Source of the DNA: Phoronis australis
Taxonomy: Eukaryota > Animalia > Phoronida
NCBI GenBank assembly: GCA_002633005.1
Contig: NMRA01000104.1
Location: 140,917 to 204,916, forward strand
DNA length: 64,000 nucleotides
Direction of reading: 5' to 3'
Position 1 is the stretch's first letter, and each line of letters begins with the position of its first letter. Both the position numbers and the translations under genes were made by a program. Under the pieces are notes generated by a model. That model saw only the letters and a list, made by a program, of their open reading frames with translations, was not told the DNA's origin and made no database searches. Positions 22,504-35,869 of this stretch are shown one piece after another.

Positions 22504-25441
22504 TTAGTTAGGGCTCAGTTCAGTTCTGGAACCCATGAGTTACCACTCAGTGGACCCACACGGCAGAGTGCGGACACCCGGCAGGCACCTCGTTCTATAC
22601 AGTATTGAGGAAGTAGACTTTTAAGTGCCTTGATTGTACATGCGGGTCAGTGCTAGTTGTGTTCCGGTGTCTGCACAGTGGGTGTGGCTCCTGGGGACCT
22701 ATAGTAAGGAGGCCAAACATTGAACTACTAAATTAGACGATGTACGGACCAAAACTAATTTAGCCACACTGAGCACTTGGAATCGAATGACCCCGACATC
22801 ATTGCACTCGCCTCATGAACTGATGCGGATGCCGCCAGTATATAAACAAGGACCCAACAATATTCAAAACTTCGAGGTACCACAAAAGAGAATCCATGTA
22901 AAGAGTACATGCCACCATCAATAGTCAAGACGGACAAAATGCAACCTGGGCTGGGTCTTACAGAATCCTAAACATCTGATGTTGGGGCCATGATTCAGGG
23001 GGTAAAAAGCCATAGCTAAATATCTGACACAAAAATAATGCCCGGCTGTAAAAGCCACACTTGTATTTGGTTACCGGTGCTAAAAAGTGCTTGAAAGTCC
23101 CGATTGGCATCATCCACCGCCGTCGGCCCAACTCTAATAGTCTTAGATATCGACATCGATGTATTTATTTATTAGAAAATATTTATATATATTTATATAT
23201 TTATTAGAAAATCACCACTGCCGGGTGATGATATAAACTTGCGCACGTCATTTGAATGTATGCAGGGAACATCGATTTACTGTATTGCAATGTTTCGTAC
23301 TATGTTGTATTGACATTTTGCTTGTAATTTGACAAGTGGCTAAACTTCAAAAAATAATCCACAAACCGCTTTTTTCAGTCGTAAAAGCGATAATATCCAT
23401 TTACTAACAACCTACACAGCGACAGTTTTCATAGTGTTCACGGGCTGTACATCTCTTGAATAAAAAGTGTCACAGTATTATTTTTTTGCTGATTTCATCC
23501 ATTCATTTATACCTGACATACCTGTTATACCTGTTTATCGTCTGCGTATTTTCTGGGGAATTTCATAAGCAGTATACGACGTTGAATTGACGACTTTTGT
23601 TGCATAAACCTTGAAACATACAATGGACGATTTCATTGTTGGTTGGCGTCAAAAACCTTGCTAAAATAGACTATTGCCAAGGAAAAAGCAGCTATTCACG
23701 TGCATAGGCGTATCTGGACTTGGCTGCTCAGGTGCGCATATGAGGTAAATTTACCGAACATAGGTTCAGCACTGAGATTTTTTCTTCCCCCGTAGCAATC
23801 AAATTCACACACCGGGTCGCCACCGAACTCCCCTCTCCCGTCGTCACCATATATATATATACCCTTGCTCGTTTTCTCACTGTATACGGTGGGATAAATT
23901 CGTTTTGGTTTGCCCTAATTTTCAACAGTCTGCTCGAACCGGAGTGGACCTCCCCTCAAATACGCCGTCGTGTATTACGATCTTAGCATTTATTTCCTGT
24001 GATAAAAGTCGATCGTGCTACTACAAAGGAATTCAAATTTGCAATTATTCCCGCATAGCGGAATGGGCAGAAATGTGATAATTAAAAGTTCCAGTCCGTA
24101 GCTGTTTTGAATGCAAATAAACGCCTACTTTCGATCAATGCTAGCTAGCATGACAAGCATCTGATAAGCGAGGCAACAATTCGTCTTCGAAAACTTTTTA
24201 AACATTATTGTGCGTGGTTATCTTACCCTCATAAATACCACGAGCTGTTTGGATTGATAACGCTGACCCTTATCTCAGCGAAGGTTTGTAATCTTAAAGT
24301 GTTCTGATGCATACCTAATCCTTTCAGTTTATTAAATGTCAAAGTTGTTAGTTACCTGGCTCGTTCATACCTTCGTCCCTCTCACGTAGGTACTCAACAT
24401 TTTGTTGTTACTGAATTGTGTTAACAATCGATGTTTTCTCGTGTAATTACTGTGCGTGTTTCCACTCGTTGTCTACAATTACCTGTATTCTGCTTTGCCG
24501 GTTTTTAGGCTGAGTTTTTCATGTTTTTTCGTTACTGTGTTCCCGCTATCAACTTTAACAACAAGCTGTCGAAGGATTCTGTAAGAACAGTGCTGGTACT
24601 TCAGATATTTGGCCCAGACGCAAAAAAACTTACTCAATTGGTTATGGTAAGCGTCCTCTGTAAGCCTAACGACACTGAGCATTTATCTTTTTTTCTTGCA
24701 TTTATGAAGTTGACATAGCCGAATGTTGTCTCACAAAAACAGTAAATATCGTCTACTGTTAGATCTGTGAAAATTAAAGAACATGTAATGCTAGTATATA
24801 TAAAGTAAAGGAGCAGCAAATGATGGCAGGCGTTTACCTAACGTGTTCAAGTTGAGCTATGGTCCTTTTTGAGACAAGCACGCCTTAATTGCTGGAAGTT
24901 ATGGTGCGTAAATGGTTTAGAAAACACAATGGAATGTATCCAACACAGGCGCATTTAGCATTCTGAGTAAGACGAAATAAAAATATAAATAGCCCAATAC
25001 AAAGACTGAAGAATGATTGTGTAGGTCTGTAGTATTCAATTTCAAATATCACCGTTGTTTAAACATTGAGAACGCGTCTGTACATAGTTGCAGGTATCTG
25101 TGTAGCAATACAGGTGTTTCATGAAGGTTGTGTTCCTTTCTTGGTCGCACGAATACTTGAAACCAAACCCGTGGGAAGATACTAACTGAATCTTTTGTGT
25201 TTTCAGAATCATTAATTTCACCTAACGCTCTGAGCTGAAGTCGAATTACGCTGAGCTGGTCATTGCAGAAGCTGTTTGAAAAAAGTGACAGTAGCTGAGG
25301 TAATTAAATGTATCTCGGCCATTCCAGTGTCAGAGTCGCATCTCTCAGTGTGTTATCTGCGCCGGATATTGAGCAACCAAGCCAACCCGCCCGAGTGTGT
25401 ATGAAACATTTCTTGGTGATGTCCGCGTAACAAGAACATTG

Positions 25442-26116
25442 ATGCCAACGGAATACAACTTACCCAGAATTTTGTTCAGCGGGGAGGAGGCAAGTTGGCC
25501 GCAACATCTCTCTGAAAGTTTGCTGAAAAAGGGAGATCACGCCGACAAAATATGCTTACCGCCAACCGATGGCAAGGAGAAACGCTCAGGCGTCATTGGA
25601 AACGCGCGCTATTGTACCACGAAGAGTGTCAGCAGGGGTACAAATTTAGAGGAAAAAGGAAAGAGCAATCCCGCGAAGCTAAAACTGCCTAACATAGACC
25701 TAAATCTTGTGAATGAGACTAACACTTCTGCTTCGTCTAATTCCCTTATGCGGCCGTCACCGGGCTTCATAAATCAACAGAAATATTGCATGAGACTCAA
25801 AGGTTTCACCGTAAATGAAGTGTACAGGTCAAACAGGAGAAAGTTCTGTAGTGGAGACCCTGAGACGACAAGGCTGGTGGAGCTACCAAATCTGGACAAA
25901 ACGGTTGTGCAATGTGGTTTCAAGAAAACCATTAATGAAAGAACCACAAAGCACTCAGCAAAAAACGGAAACGAAATACCGGGCCTTATTGTGGGAAATT
26001 CTTTGGGACAAAAGTTCCAACCTCTTGGAGGAATACTATCTCCAGAGAGAATGGGGCGACTTTTGGGAACAAAAGCACCTGTGCGAATGGAAAACTGTTT
26101 CAACTTTTACATGTGA
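25442..26116 (+). CDS. Uncharacterised protein (about 224 aa), single coding exon
   Basis: Long ORF in AT-rich DNA, first ATG at 25442; upstream acceptor TTTTGTGTTTTCAG ending 25206; no domain recognised. Confidence 0.6.
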   Translation: MPTEYNLPRILFSGEEASWPQHLSESLLKKGDHADKICLPPTDGKEKRSGVIGNARYCTTKSVSRGTNLEEKGKSNPAKLKLPNIDLNLVNETNTSASSNSLMRPSPGFINQQKYCMRLKGFTVNEVYRSNRRKFCSGDPETTRLVELPNLDKTVVQCGFKKTINERTTKHSAKNGNEIPGLIVGNSLGQKFQPLGGILSPERMGRLLGTKAPVRMENCFNFYM

Positions 26117-27672
26117 TAAATGGAAAATGAAGAGCCAAGGATTTTACGGTGGGAACAAAAGCGTGATACAACCCGTCCTTACACTTTTGGAGTTGAATAC
26201 TGGAGCCAGACTCGACATAAAGCGGTAACGACGGAACTGTTTCCGCCACGGTTCGAAATAATAACTTAGTCTGTCGATTTAGTGGTAGTGGAATTCGATT
26301 TTTAACAAGTCGATTTTTACGAGAAATACCCTGATGGCACGTGACATTTAGTAGCTTCTGCATGCATTCATGAGGGACTTCAAATCGGCACGGCAGTCAC
26401 CATGGTGACGAGACCGTCTCCGTCAAGAGTCCGGTCACATAAAATTGCAAAACATGTTGTGTGATCAACTTTTCGTGAGACCGCTCAAAAATAGTTCGGC
26501 AAAGATTGACGAGGCAATCAACGAGATAGGGGAACCAAAAATGGAGACCAGTTATCAAAAGCATAAATTGGCAATACCTTCGATAGCAGATGACATGCTT
26601 TTTAGAATCTGAAAACACTTCACGTGGAGATAATCTGACTGGATATCAGAAAGATGATGCACACTGCTGCTGGTTTAAAAAGAAAATGGATGTTTAATAG
26701 TCCCATGCAACGCCATCTTTACAAAGCGTTGTTTTGGTTCATGCGAATTTTGCGTTGGAACCTGTTGACCAGTGGTTGCCGTAAACGCTTATGAGATAAC
26801 GTGATCAAAAACCCACTGAGCCCTAGCATTGCTTTCATTGTGCGTTGGACTTTAAGATTGTAGGCCTATTTCGCCCTGTTTAACTGGCTGGGTATGTGTT
26901 TTTCATCTTTATCAACGCTGTCGGAATTTTCTGATAATGAAATTATTTCATTCACATGCGGCTCGTATTTATCCAAAATATTCTCACTCGACGATTGTCT
27001 GATTCGTCATACCTGTTTGCCAGTGACACACAATCAAGCGAGTCAATCACGGGCAAAAGGGAGAGATACCTCTCATTCATTTTCAGCTTGGCGGCGTTGA
27101 ACACAGCAGTCGGAGAAGTAAAATTCTTCTTATCATTGGCACCTTAATTGTTTACATTCACAAGACTCGCAAAAGTTAAATAGTTTGCAAGTAGGTCTTC
27201 AAAGCCTCATGAATATCCCCATTGTTTGGGTTTTTAGTACAGTAAGTATATACGAGTCAGTGACATCGCATTACATTGGCCAAAAACACGACAATGAGAG
27301 ATTAGCAGATTAGATTAAATCTGGTGAGACTTCATTCGCATCCGAGGCACGCATAGTTCTGTCGTACTGGGCACTTCATTTCCCTGGCTCAAATGTTCAC
27401 ATTGTTGACAGAATAAACAGTAATTTGAGGTCAGAAAAAAACTCACTTTGTTATTTACTAAACATTCAAATGTTGGAGAAGTGAGCGTTTTGTCATCCTT
27501 GTGGACTCGTTGTCACGGTGATGTCAAGGGTCTAGGATCCAATTTCCGAACTCAGACAGCTCGACTTAGCCTCAGACTGAAAGCGCTATAAAGTCACCAC
27601 CCGTGGGAAAATGATTTATTCCAGTTAAACTATATGAAATTTTCTTAAATAATCCTTTAGCGGAAAGAACAG

Positions 27673-28873
27673 GACTCTGTTTCATGAAAGCTGAAGTCTC
27701 AAGTTTGGTTGTTGGCCTGACGTCAACATCATTATTCAACGAGCCAGGGTCCAGTTTCATTAAAGTTATACGCCGTATAACAACAATGACGTCGCATTAT
27801 CACTCGTCACAATTGTTGAACAATAAACCTGACGTCATGCAACAATCAAACTTATCCAGGGGATAATTTTGAAGTTTTACGTTACCCAGCCTAGGAGTGT
27901 ACTGCACAAGGGCAACGTGACGTGATGGAATGATAACATTGTTATTTCGGTCTAAGTTAAGCCGGACTAAAATAGTTTCATGAAACGGGGTCCACATGTG
28001 ATTTCTAGGTTTGAAAAGAACCGACGTTATTCCCTGAGACCAGTGCCTACAAAATTTACCGCGGCGTGTCATTATATTTGCCAAGCTGAGTTTCGAGCAC
28101 TTATGAAATGTGACAGTTTTTTTGCAAGACCAATAGTAGTTGAGGCCAAATTCTTAACGATAAAGGTGCTAAACCCGTGCGTGGCGAATAAGATGGCTGA
28201 AATTTAAAACTGAACGATTTTTAGTATTTAATGAAACAAAAATAATGTTTAACCGGGTTTAAAAAAATCCTTCTTGCATTCTCTAACAATAACCTGGGGA
28301 CGAATTAAATAGTGACCTCACTGGAAAATCTGATCCGCTGTTATTGTTAGACTATTCAAGGACACGTTTGCCATTTTTGTACGATGAAAGGTCGTCGTTT
28401 GCCTTTGATTTGGACAGATTAATTGGGAGTTGCCGAGGCATATTATCCCCTTCACCGTTTAATGTGAGTGAAATTCGGTCTTTTCAGCCGTCAAGCTGGC
28501 ACCGTATCATTCTCACGCGCTACTCACATCACTGGAGTGGAAAAATATACGTAGTTCGCATTTTTTAAAAATGCGTACTGATTTATTTTGTTCGCATGCG
28601 GAAGGAAGGCAACCGATGAAAATAAGATGACTAACTTGTAAAATTAATTCCCTGCAGAGATGGTAACAGAAACATGATTACTTTTCAAACAACCATTTCT
28701 GTAAAATAATTAAGTCTTGCTTAAGTAAAAGTGCAAAGTTTTTGGAAACAAGTTCTAGTTACCGAGATAATTTCTATAAATAATTTCTAGACTGTGGTGC
28801 ACTCATAATTACTTGCCTAAACCTTTTTTCAGCAAATTGGATCGTAAGAGCAAACTTTCGCGAAACAGACCCC
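27673..28873. mobile_element. Harbinger-like MITE ends with a nested element at 27748-27992
   Basis: GGACTCTGTTTCATGAAAG matches the reverse complement of CTTTCGCGAAACAGACCCC; inner pair GGTCCAGTTTCAT / ATGAAACGGGGTC. Confidence 0.45.
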
Positions 28874-28944
28874 GGGATATTTCGCCAATGACAATAGCGC
28901 CCTCTCGTGAATTGAAAACAAGAAAGTCAGACAGAGAATGATAC

Positions 28945-29170
28945 ACATGCACGTACCCAGCCTAAAAAATGTGGGGCTCGAATTTTGGGAATATGAACCT
29001 TTTACTAAGATTCACGGGATACGTTCAGAGATATGAATTGAGCATCACCGAATTTTGGAAGTTCCTGCATTTTTAGTGAACTTTTGTCTCGTTTTCCTCT
29101 TTTTTCGGAGTTTTTGTTTCTCTGAGGCGGACCTTTTTGCCTACTTTATCAAATGGGTGCGTACATGCGG
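28945..29170. repeat. Interspersed repeat shared with about 40980-41075
   Basis: ATGCACG...AGCCTAAAAA...GGGGCTCGAATTTT...CCTTTTACTAAG present at both sites. Confidence 0.6.
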
Positions 29171-30029
29171 TAAAAAATCTCATTATTTATGGCGAAAGGG
29201 TCGTTTCTTTTCAGTGAGTTTTTAACACCATCGATTCACGTATTGCCCGCTCCAGCCTAATTTTGCTTTGTTTGACGATGCGGGACAAGAGATCGATCGT
29301 TGAAGTTGTGTCTACTCCGTAATAATGTTACGTTTGCTTTAGGGAATAGTCAAACGTTTGTGCCGGTTTGAGTTTAATTCAATTCCTATTGATTCCGCTT
29401 TAGTAACAACGTCACACTTATTGGACTCAATTTCTAAAGAGCGGTATTGTGAATAAATTAGCTTTTGAAATCGTATATTCATCACAACACTAGTGACTGA
29501 TTCTTGATACAAACCAGGTTAAATATTGTTTAAAATGTTTATTTTGTATAGTTAGTTCACAAAAGGCATTCATTTGACAAAACAGTCTAAATAAACCAGG
29601 TTGACGAACATAAACCATGACGTGACGTGTGTCGTGTGTCTACCGACTACGTCCGGATGCGACTGAGCATACGGTGGAGGTTACTCTAACGCATGCAGGG
29701 CAGATGGGAAAAGACGCGTAGGCAACTGGTCATCCGAGCTGTGTATTTTAGCGAAGAGGTAGAACATGATGGATGTTGTCACGGAAACCTGAATTGAGCA
29801 ATCTCACCATTCCCAGCCGAATCATTGGTTCTCGTGAAGGCATACAGTTTTACTAGTTCTTCGAAGTGCTGCAAAGACTTACGGATTAGATCAAGTTGTT
29901 TGGGCAAGCAACGCATATGTTTGAGTAGAGGAGGCCTATTACTCAAACACGTACGTCTTAGAAACGCTTGCCCTGGTGTTGGATCAGGTTGAATAACTTT
30001 TCGTACACGGAAATTCAGTTGAGATCAAA

Positions 30030-30626
30030 ATGCGAGACCATCAAAGGATAAAGAAAAATATAATGGATGTCAGTGTAGTTGAAGTTAACGAGAAGATTAA
30101 GAGAGAGTGCCCTGAAGTCAGTGGCCACTGTGTCATTCAGCACAGAGTAAGGGAGTCTACGTATGTCGAAACGAGGAAGAAGCTTCTGAACCTTCGTACA
30201 TTAAAGAGATATGACATAAAGTTACCCAGTGTGCACTACTCTTCGAAGACACATCTATGGTGGACAGAATCCCACAGACAGCGATCAGCTTTTGCAAACA
30301 ATCGTTTCGCGCATGTTAAAAAACATCTCCCTGAACCGTTAAATTTGATAAGTCGTTCCGTAACTTTGCCTGAAATACAAATTCACCGCGATCGGCAGAG
30401 CGACGAAAGCGACAAAACCTATCATATGGACAGGTCATATTACGGAAGAACTTGGCCCACTGAGCAATCAAAAATAATTGTTCCAAGTAAAGACAAGACA
30501 GACATTGAGTGTTGCAAGGAAGATAAAGGGACCTTAATGGTTTGGCTTCCTTCTTTGGATAACTTACTGACCGCTAGCCGAAAACTGTTACACGGTCGAT
30601 ACGATTCTAAACTGGTTAAAAATTAA
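30030..30626 (+). CDS. Uncharacterised protein (198 aa), single coding exon
   Basis: AAAATG start context, 597-nt ORF; no domain recognised. Confidence 0.6.
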   Translation: MRDHQRIKKNIMDVSVVEVNEKIKRECPEVSGHCVIQHRVRESTYVETRKKLLNLRTLKRYDIKLPSVHYSSKTHLWWTESHRQRSAFANNRFAHVKKHLPEPLNLISRSVTLPEIQIHRDRQSDESDKTYHMDRSYYGRTWPTEQSKIIVPSKDKTDIECCKEDKGTLMVWLPSLDNLLTASRKLLHGRYDSKLVKN

Positions 30627-31160
30627 CTCTGAAGCTCGCGGCCAAACCCGCTTTACAACTCATGAAACAACTCTTGGTTTAGATCACATACCACCGTTAT
30701 GACGTAAGTCTCAAATTGTTTCTCAGTCAAACAGGAGGTGGTGTGAGTGCTTGGAAAGAACTGACGTTATTGTACGAGGCTGCAGCTCTACAACTTGGCT
30801 TGTGGAAGGCGGTGTCATTTCAAGTGTGACCCGAGCACAATCTCGAGAAACAACGAGATGCATGTTCTTTGCAAACAAAGAAATAACTTATCGTCTCGGA
30901 TCGTGAAAGCAATAAGTGGTCTACTAAGTTCTCTTCTTGGACGGATCACCGTGACGTCCGGTTGCCAGCCGTTTAATGTAACTGTGTTTGTCGTTAAACG
31001 TTGTGATTCATCTTATTTATTGAATAACCTACAGGTCTACTTAGTTTTAGAGCTTTGTGGTTCAAAGAGATGTTACATTCGAAAGTAAATGAAAATCTGG
31101 AGCGTTTGTTGTTTGATTTACGGTCAACGACGAATGAGAGAGCTTGAGCGTATACGACGA

Positions 31161-31216
31161 GCACACACACACACGCACGCGCAAACGCACGCACACACGC
31201 ACACGCGCGCGCACAC
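31161..31216. repeat. (CA/CG)n microsatellite next to N
   Basis: GCACACACAC...GCGCGCACAC followed by N at 31217. Confidence 0.9.
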
Positions 31217-33016
31217 NAAGGGTGGGCCAACAAGACTAATGTTTGCTGACATACCCGGCCGTATGAGTAATTTCTTCAACTGCAAAGTGACTTCAGCATA
31301 TACTAAATTTCATACAGTCAGGCTCCATATTTTTTGTTTAACTAATCAGCCGCCTGAACGCAAAAAGCTGTTATAGTTCAGTGTTGAACGCGGGAAATCC
31401 AAGCTATTCACCTTGCGCGTCTTGTGATCATCATGACGTCATCGTTTGACGAACCACATTTTAAATAATTGAATACATTTTCAACATTTTCCAGCCCACG
31501 ATGACACAATTAACGAGAGAAACTACAATAGAATGTTTTTTTTTGTAATCACAGGTGATGATGTTGTCATCAAACACGGGTTTAAAAGCGTTGCGTATTT
31601 TGTCAAATTTGTTACCACAAAGAAAAACATGAGAAGTTACAATAAGCCGAGATGTTGCCTAACTAGACAGACACAAAAAGTTCTTAAATCTAACGCTGTA
31701 GCCACAGACCTAGTAGAAGTGATGCAATTAATTCACGCTACACAATAACAAATACAATTTGAAAACAACGAAATTTATTTTCTTTCCAAAATCTATTATT
31801 ACCGGTACGTCACAGAAATCTTAGGCATACGTGACTGTTGATGCCTTCACCAGTGCTTAACAGGTGGCGCTGCATACAGTACGATGTTGAAGACTGACTG
31901 GGCTGTGTTTCAAGCGCCCTCACCACGGTTCATAGCAGATTATTCTTGGCGGATCGTGACAGAGTTTCGTATTTTCCCTTTAAACTCATTAGATTCCCTT
32001 TTATTTGACTGTTCACGACATAATTTTCTTGATGATTTCAGAGTGATTCTCGTATTCTCTTTTTGAAATCACTAGATTCGCTGTTCAACCACACTTTACC
32101 ATCCTCAAGATGGCGTTATTTTGACTCAGACAATTCGAAAAATCCACGGAACTTATGAAGACTGTCTGAAGGAACTACGAGAAAAAACATACGTTACAGA
32201 AAAAGGAAACCAAAAGCCAATTGCAGGTTGCTGGCTTATTAACATAAACCAACTATAAATGTTTGCTTAGAAATAAATACTTGTTGCATACGAAGCATTT
32301 GGGAATGTTGCATTCAAGTTCATCGGGTTCATCACGTCCTCGACATATATTTAAAACGACTAATAACATAAACTAACGGATGAATACAGATTTTTTGCAA
32401 AACACTCAACGGAAAGGTTGTTGCCACAGTAATAATATTAGCTAAGCATTGTGGACTGAATCTTTGCAAAAGATTTAGTAGTCAACGAGATGTATGTAAA
32501 TGATGGCGTTTTGTACTACAATGTTGACGAACTGTTCAGCGGTTAATTAAATTAAAGATGTAACAAAATATGAAGTTAGAGAATATTTTGTATAGAAAAA
32601 ATGATGAATTGACAACAACATATAAGTCTAATACTTTCACTATCTTTGTGGAGTTGTGTAAAGGATCCGTACGGACATTGAAATTATTGGATAAGACGAT
32701 TCATTTTTTCTGTAATTTAAATATTGTATGGTGACCATCCTTCAGGTCATAATTAATATGAAGCAACATTAGGTTATTATAAAAGGATATCATAGTTTCA
32801 AACGTAGGAAATGTTGAACGTTATTCAGAATATTGCAAAATCGGTTTTAGCTCCGCCAGGGATCTAGGGATTGCAGATTCGATTCCGGGCTAAGGCTGAT
32901 CTCAGAAAATTACCTTTCTCGCCAATAGGAGCACTCTACTGAAAGGGCAAAGAAGGCGAGGTGATGCAAGACATTAATTTAACAATGATCATAAAACTGA
33001 TTGTAAATGAACGATT

Positions 33017-33500
33017 TTAAAACACGGGGCAACGAAAGGAACCTGACATTATCTTGGCAATTTTCATGATATCTGTGTGTGAAGGCTTGGTAAGAAATCT
33101 AAAATGGTTAAACACAACACACAGCGGTTCAATTAATAAATTGCTCAAATATTTTGTTATTTTCATGGGTAGGCTATGATGGCCACAGATAACTTTAGCT
33201 GACTGAGGATCAATTACTGTTCTGCTATCAAGAAGAGAAATCAGATAACAAACTAGAAAGACCAAATGTGACGTAGAATATAATTCATAGCAACTATATG
33301 AGCCAATTGTCATAGTGCTTAAGTATTTATCAAACCATTTGAAATCTCGACCTCATCTTATGCAATCTATCTCATAATTAATATTTCATTTTGTTGGATA
33401 ATTTCTGTTTAATGAATTGCTTAGCTCTTTCTAAGTATATGCATTCTCCATTATGCTTGGAATGAGGTGGTGTATCCAATCTACAACGGTTATGCATTTT
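33017..33500 (-). mobile_element. Highly decayed CR1/L2-like LINE fragment
   Basis: KYLSNLLIEPLCVVFN...KIAKI resembles the segment preceding CR1-type RT domains. Confidence 0.4.
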
Positions 33501-33694
33501 TGGAGAACTCGCGTTTTCACGTTCGCGATGTTCAAATTGATGCTAAAACGAGGCATTATGTCATAAACAACACTGCACAGCAATCATTTGTGCAGCGCCA
33601 CCAAAGTGTGCAAGTGATAAATTTGAGGCCGTAGTTAGCTGAGCCTATCAGTGATTTTCAAAAGAATTGCATTATCAGCTAGGACAGTGATTTT

Positions 33695-33770
33695 CCGGTG
33701 TGGCTTCATCGCGGAATCGAACCTTCAACTCCGCTGGTCCCAGCCAACTACTCTGCTCAGTGGAGGAATT
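33695..33770 (-). mobile_element. tRNA-derived SINE head remnant
   Basis: Minus strand carries B-box GGTTCGATTCC with a degenerate upstream A-box; no cloverleaf. Confidence 0.35.
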
Positions 33771-34724
33771 AAATCCAACTCAAGTGTTAGTCTGGTAAAT
33801 GAGCTAGAATTGGTTTGGTAGAGTATTTCAAGCGTATTTATCTGGTAAAGTCACCAGGTTTGATTTGAACCATAGAAGTACCCATAGTTCTGTGATTTCC
33901 GAATGTCTTGTCGAAAACGGCGAGAATAGGCGATTGGTAAAAAATTTACAAAAACAAATTTTGTTGTGTTGTAGCTTGTCTTAGAGTTCACCAATTTCCA
34001 AACGGTTTTCCTTCCTTTGAATGTCAGGTAACTAGTCTAAAATATGCATATGAACAAGTGACATTTAAAAAAACTTCCAGCATCCGCTTTTATAGCTGCA
34101 TTAATTATCGTCCAAGCCTAGTATGTAATGCAGGTGACCGACACAGAGAACGGTAACCAACGTTGAACGGCATAATTTGTTGCCCCATGCCGAGATCTAA
34201 ACTGTGGAATAGGTCTCATTGACTTGTAAATGCCTCTTATGTCGCAATGAAGCATTCAAAACGTTATGTCTTTCTTCATTGTAAACCTACTCATTAGTCG
34301 CCGCAACAGCAATAACCTTTGGAAAGTGCACAATACGTAATCAGCGTATACTCAAAGCATTATTGCCAGCGTTGACAATAGCAATCCGCAGTGCAAAACA
34401 TTCGGAACTCTTAACCGAAGGCCACAGACAGCACTCGACATTATCCAATCACTGTCATTGGTAACTGGGTGTGTTTGTAGGCTCATCCCGGTGTGACATA
34501 TGATTACTTTGTCGGCTAATCCACGTCCCGCCAGTGCATTACAACGTAACAGGCTGAAAAGGGTGGTTTAATTCCGGACTTCATCGTCATGATGGAATAA
34601 CCGAGGCAAGTAATGAAGTTTCCCTGATTTTCAAGCTTATTGTGTTCTAAACAACTGTAGAATTTGATAGATAGTTACACATTTCTTTGTCTGAAAACGA
34701 GCCGAGAAACATTGAAGTAGTTTA

Positions 34725-35255
34725 AAGATTTGTAGGACCCAAGGAAAATGGATAACATCGGAACATCATACCTAGCTCATACATGGCTGACCGGATTCTT
34801 ATGAAACTTTCTGACGCTATGCTTTATGAGCTGTTCTCTGAAGATATTCGTATGGTACAAGTAGGAACGACAGATCACGTGACGTGATCAACACACGGCT
34901 TGTGAGAAGTCTAATAATTCTTACTGAGATGCTATTAGGATTTATTCTTTAAATATTCCCCTTTTGCACGAATAAATCGAAAACGAAGCGATATTTTAGA
35001 AAACTGCAACAGCGTTTTTGAGATCGCACCTTGAACATTTGTATCAAATAAAACCGGATCAGGTAAGTGATACCGTTGTTTTGCTATCAATGTACCTTCC
35101 TTTCTTGTTAAGTTTTACTAAAAAGATATGGTAACGTGCCTCAATTAATGGCAAAATAACGAAATGTGAAAAATTAAAATTTCACTTTCACGAAATACAT
35201 ACTACAGATATTTGTTTAAAATACAGACTTGACAATAAGATCTTACGTAACCTCA
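34725..35255. mobile_element. Kolobok-like element related to 13639-14134
   Basis: TTTAAAGATTTGTAGGACCC start, TCTTACGTAACCTCAA end, shared TTTTACTAAAAGA(C/T)ATGGT(C/A)ACGTG block. Confidence 0.55.
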
Positions 35256-35424
35256 AAATGCAATTTTACGGAGCCTGAGTTGATTGGGTCCGGTGCACGT
35301 GTATGTGATTAGTCGGCCAGTTCTTTTGTCCACAGAGAAAAACACAATTTTGAGGAAATAACGACCGCTAGAGTTGTAAATCTTAACGATATCTCCGTGT
35401 CGGCGGAGACGACCTGTAGGAGCA

Positions 35425-35527
35425 AATATAAATAAGTAAAAGAAAATTTACTGACAAGATTAGATATGAGTGCAAATAGAAATAAGTAAAACAAAATTTA
35501 CTGACGAGATTAGATATGAGTGCAAAT
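35425..35527. repeat. Two-copy tandem repeat of about 49 bp
   Basis: AAATAAGTAAAA...AAATTTACTGAC(A/G)AGATTAGATATGAGTGCAAAT occurs twice. Confidence 0.8.
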
Positions 35528-35869
35528 GAAACTTTTAAACCGATCGATAAAGACGCTCCATATGTGAAATTACGCATGGCTCAGTGAGTATGAATGTTGG
35601 TTTAAAATTGATTTTGTTTAATAATGAACAAAGTGCATGTTCTCATGAGTAACCTTAAAGTGTTGTTGACATTACAGGGAAGGCGATCCGCCGAGGAACG
35701 AAAAAACATCAACAAAGAATTCATTTTCAATACCTGGGTCTTCTTTGATAGTATTAGGCCTACTTGTTTTAAAGGAGCTCCAGGTCTTCAATTGTGAATT
35801 AATCAGAATCGTTGTTTTCAAAACGGGAATGTTATTAAGAATTAGATCTGAAGCAGACGAGAATCAACC

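Noticed and set aside
32850-32900. tRNA gene
   Set aside because: Only a degenerate B-box (GATTCGATTCC); no cloverleaf; at most a SINE remnant, as at 33695-33770
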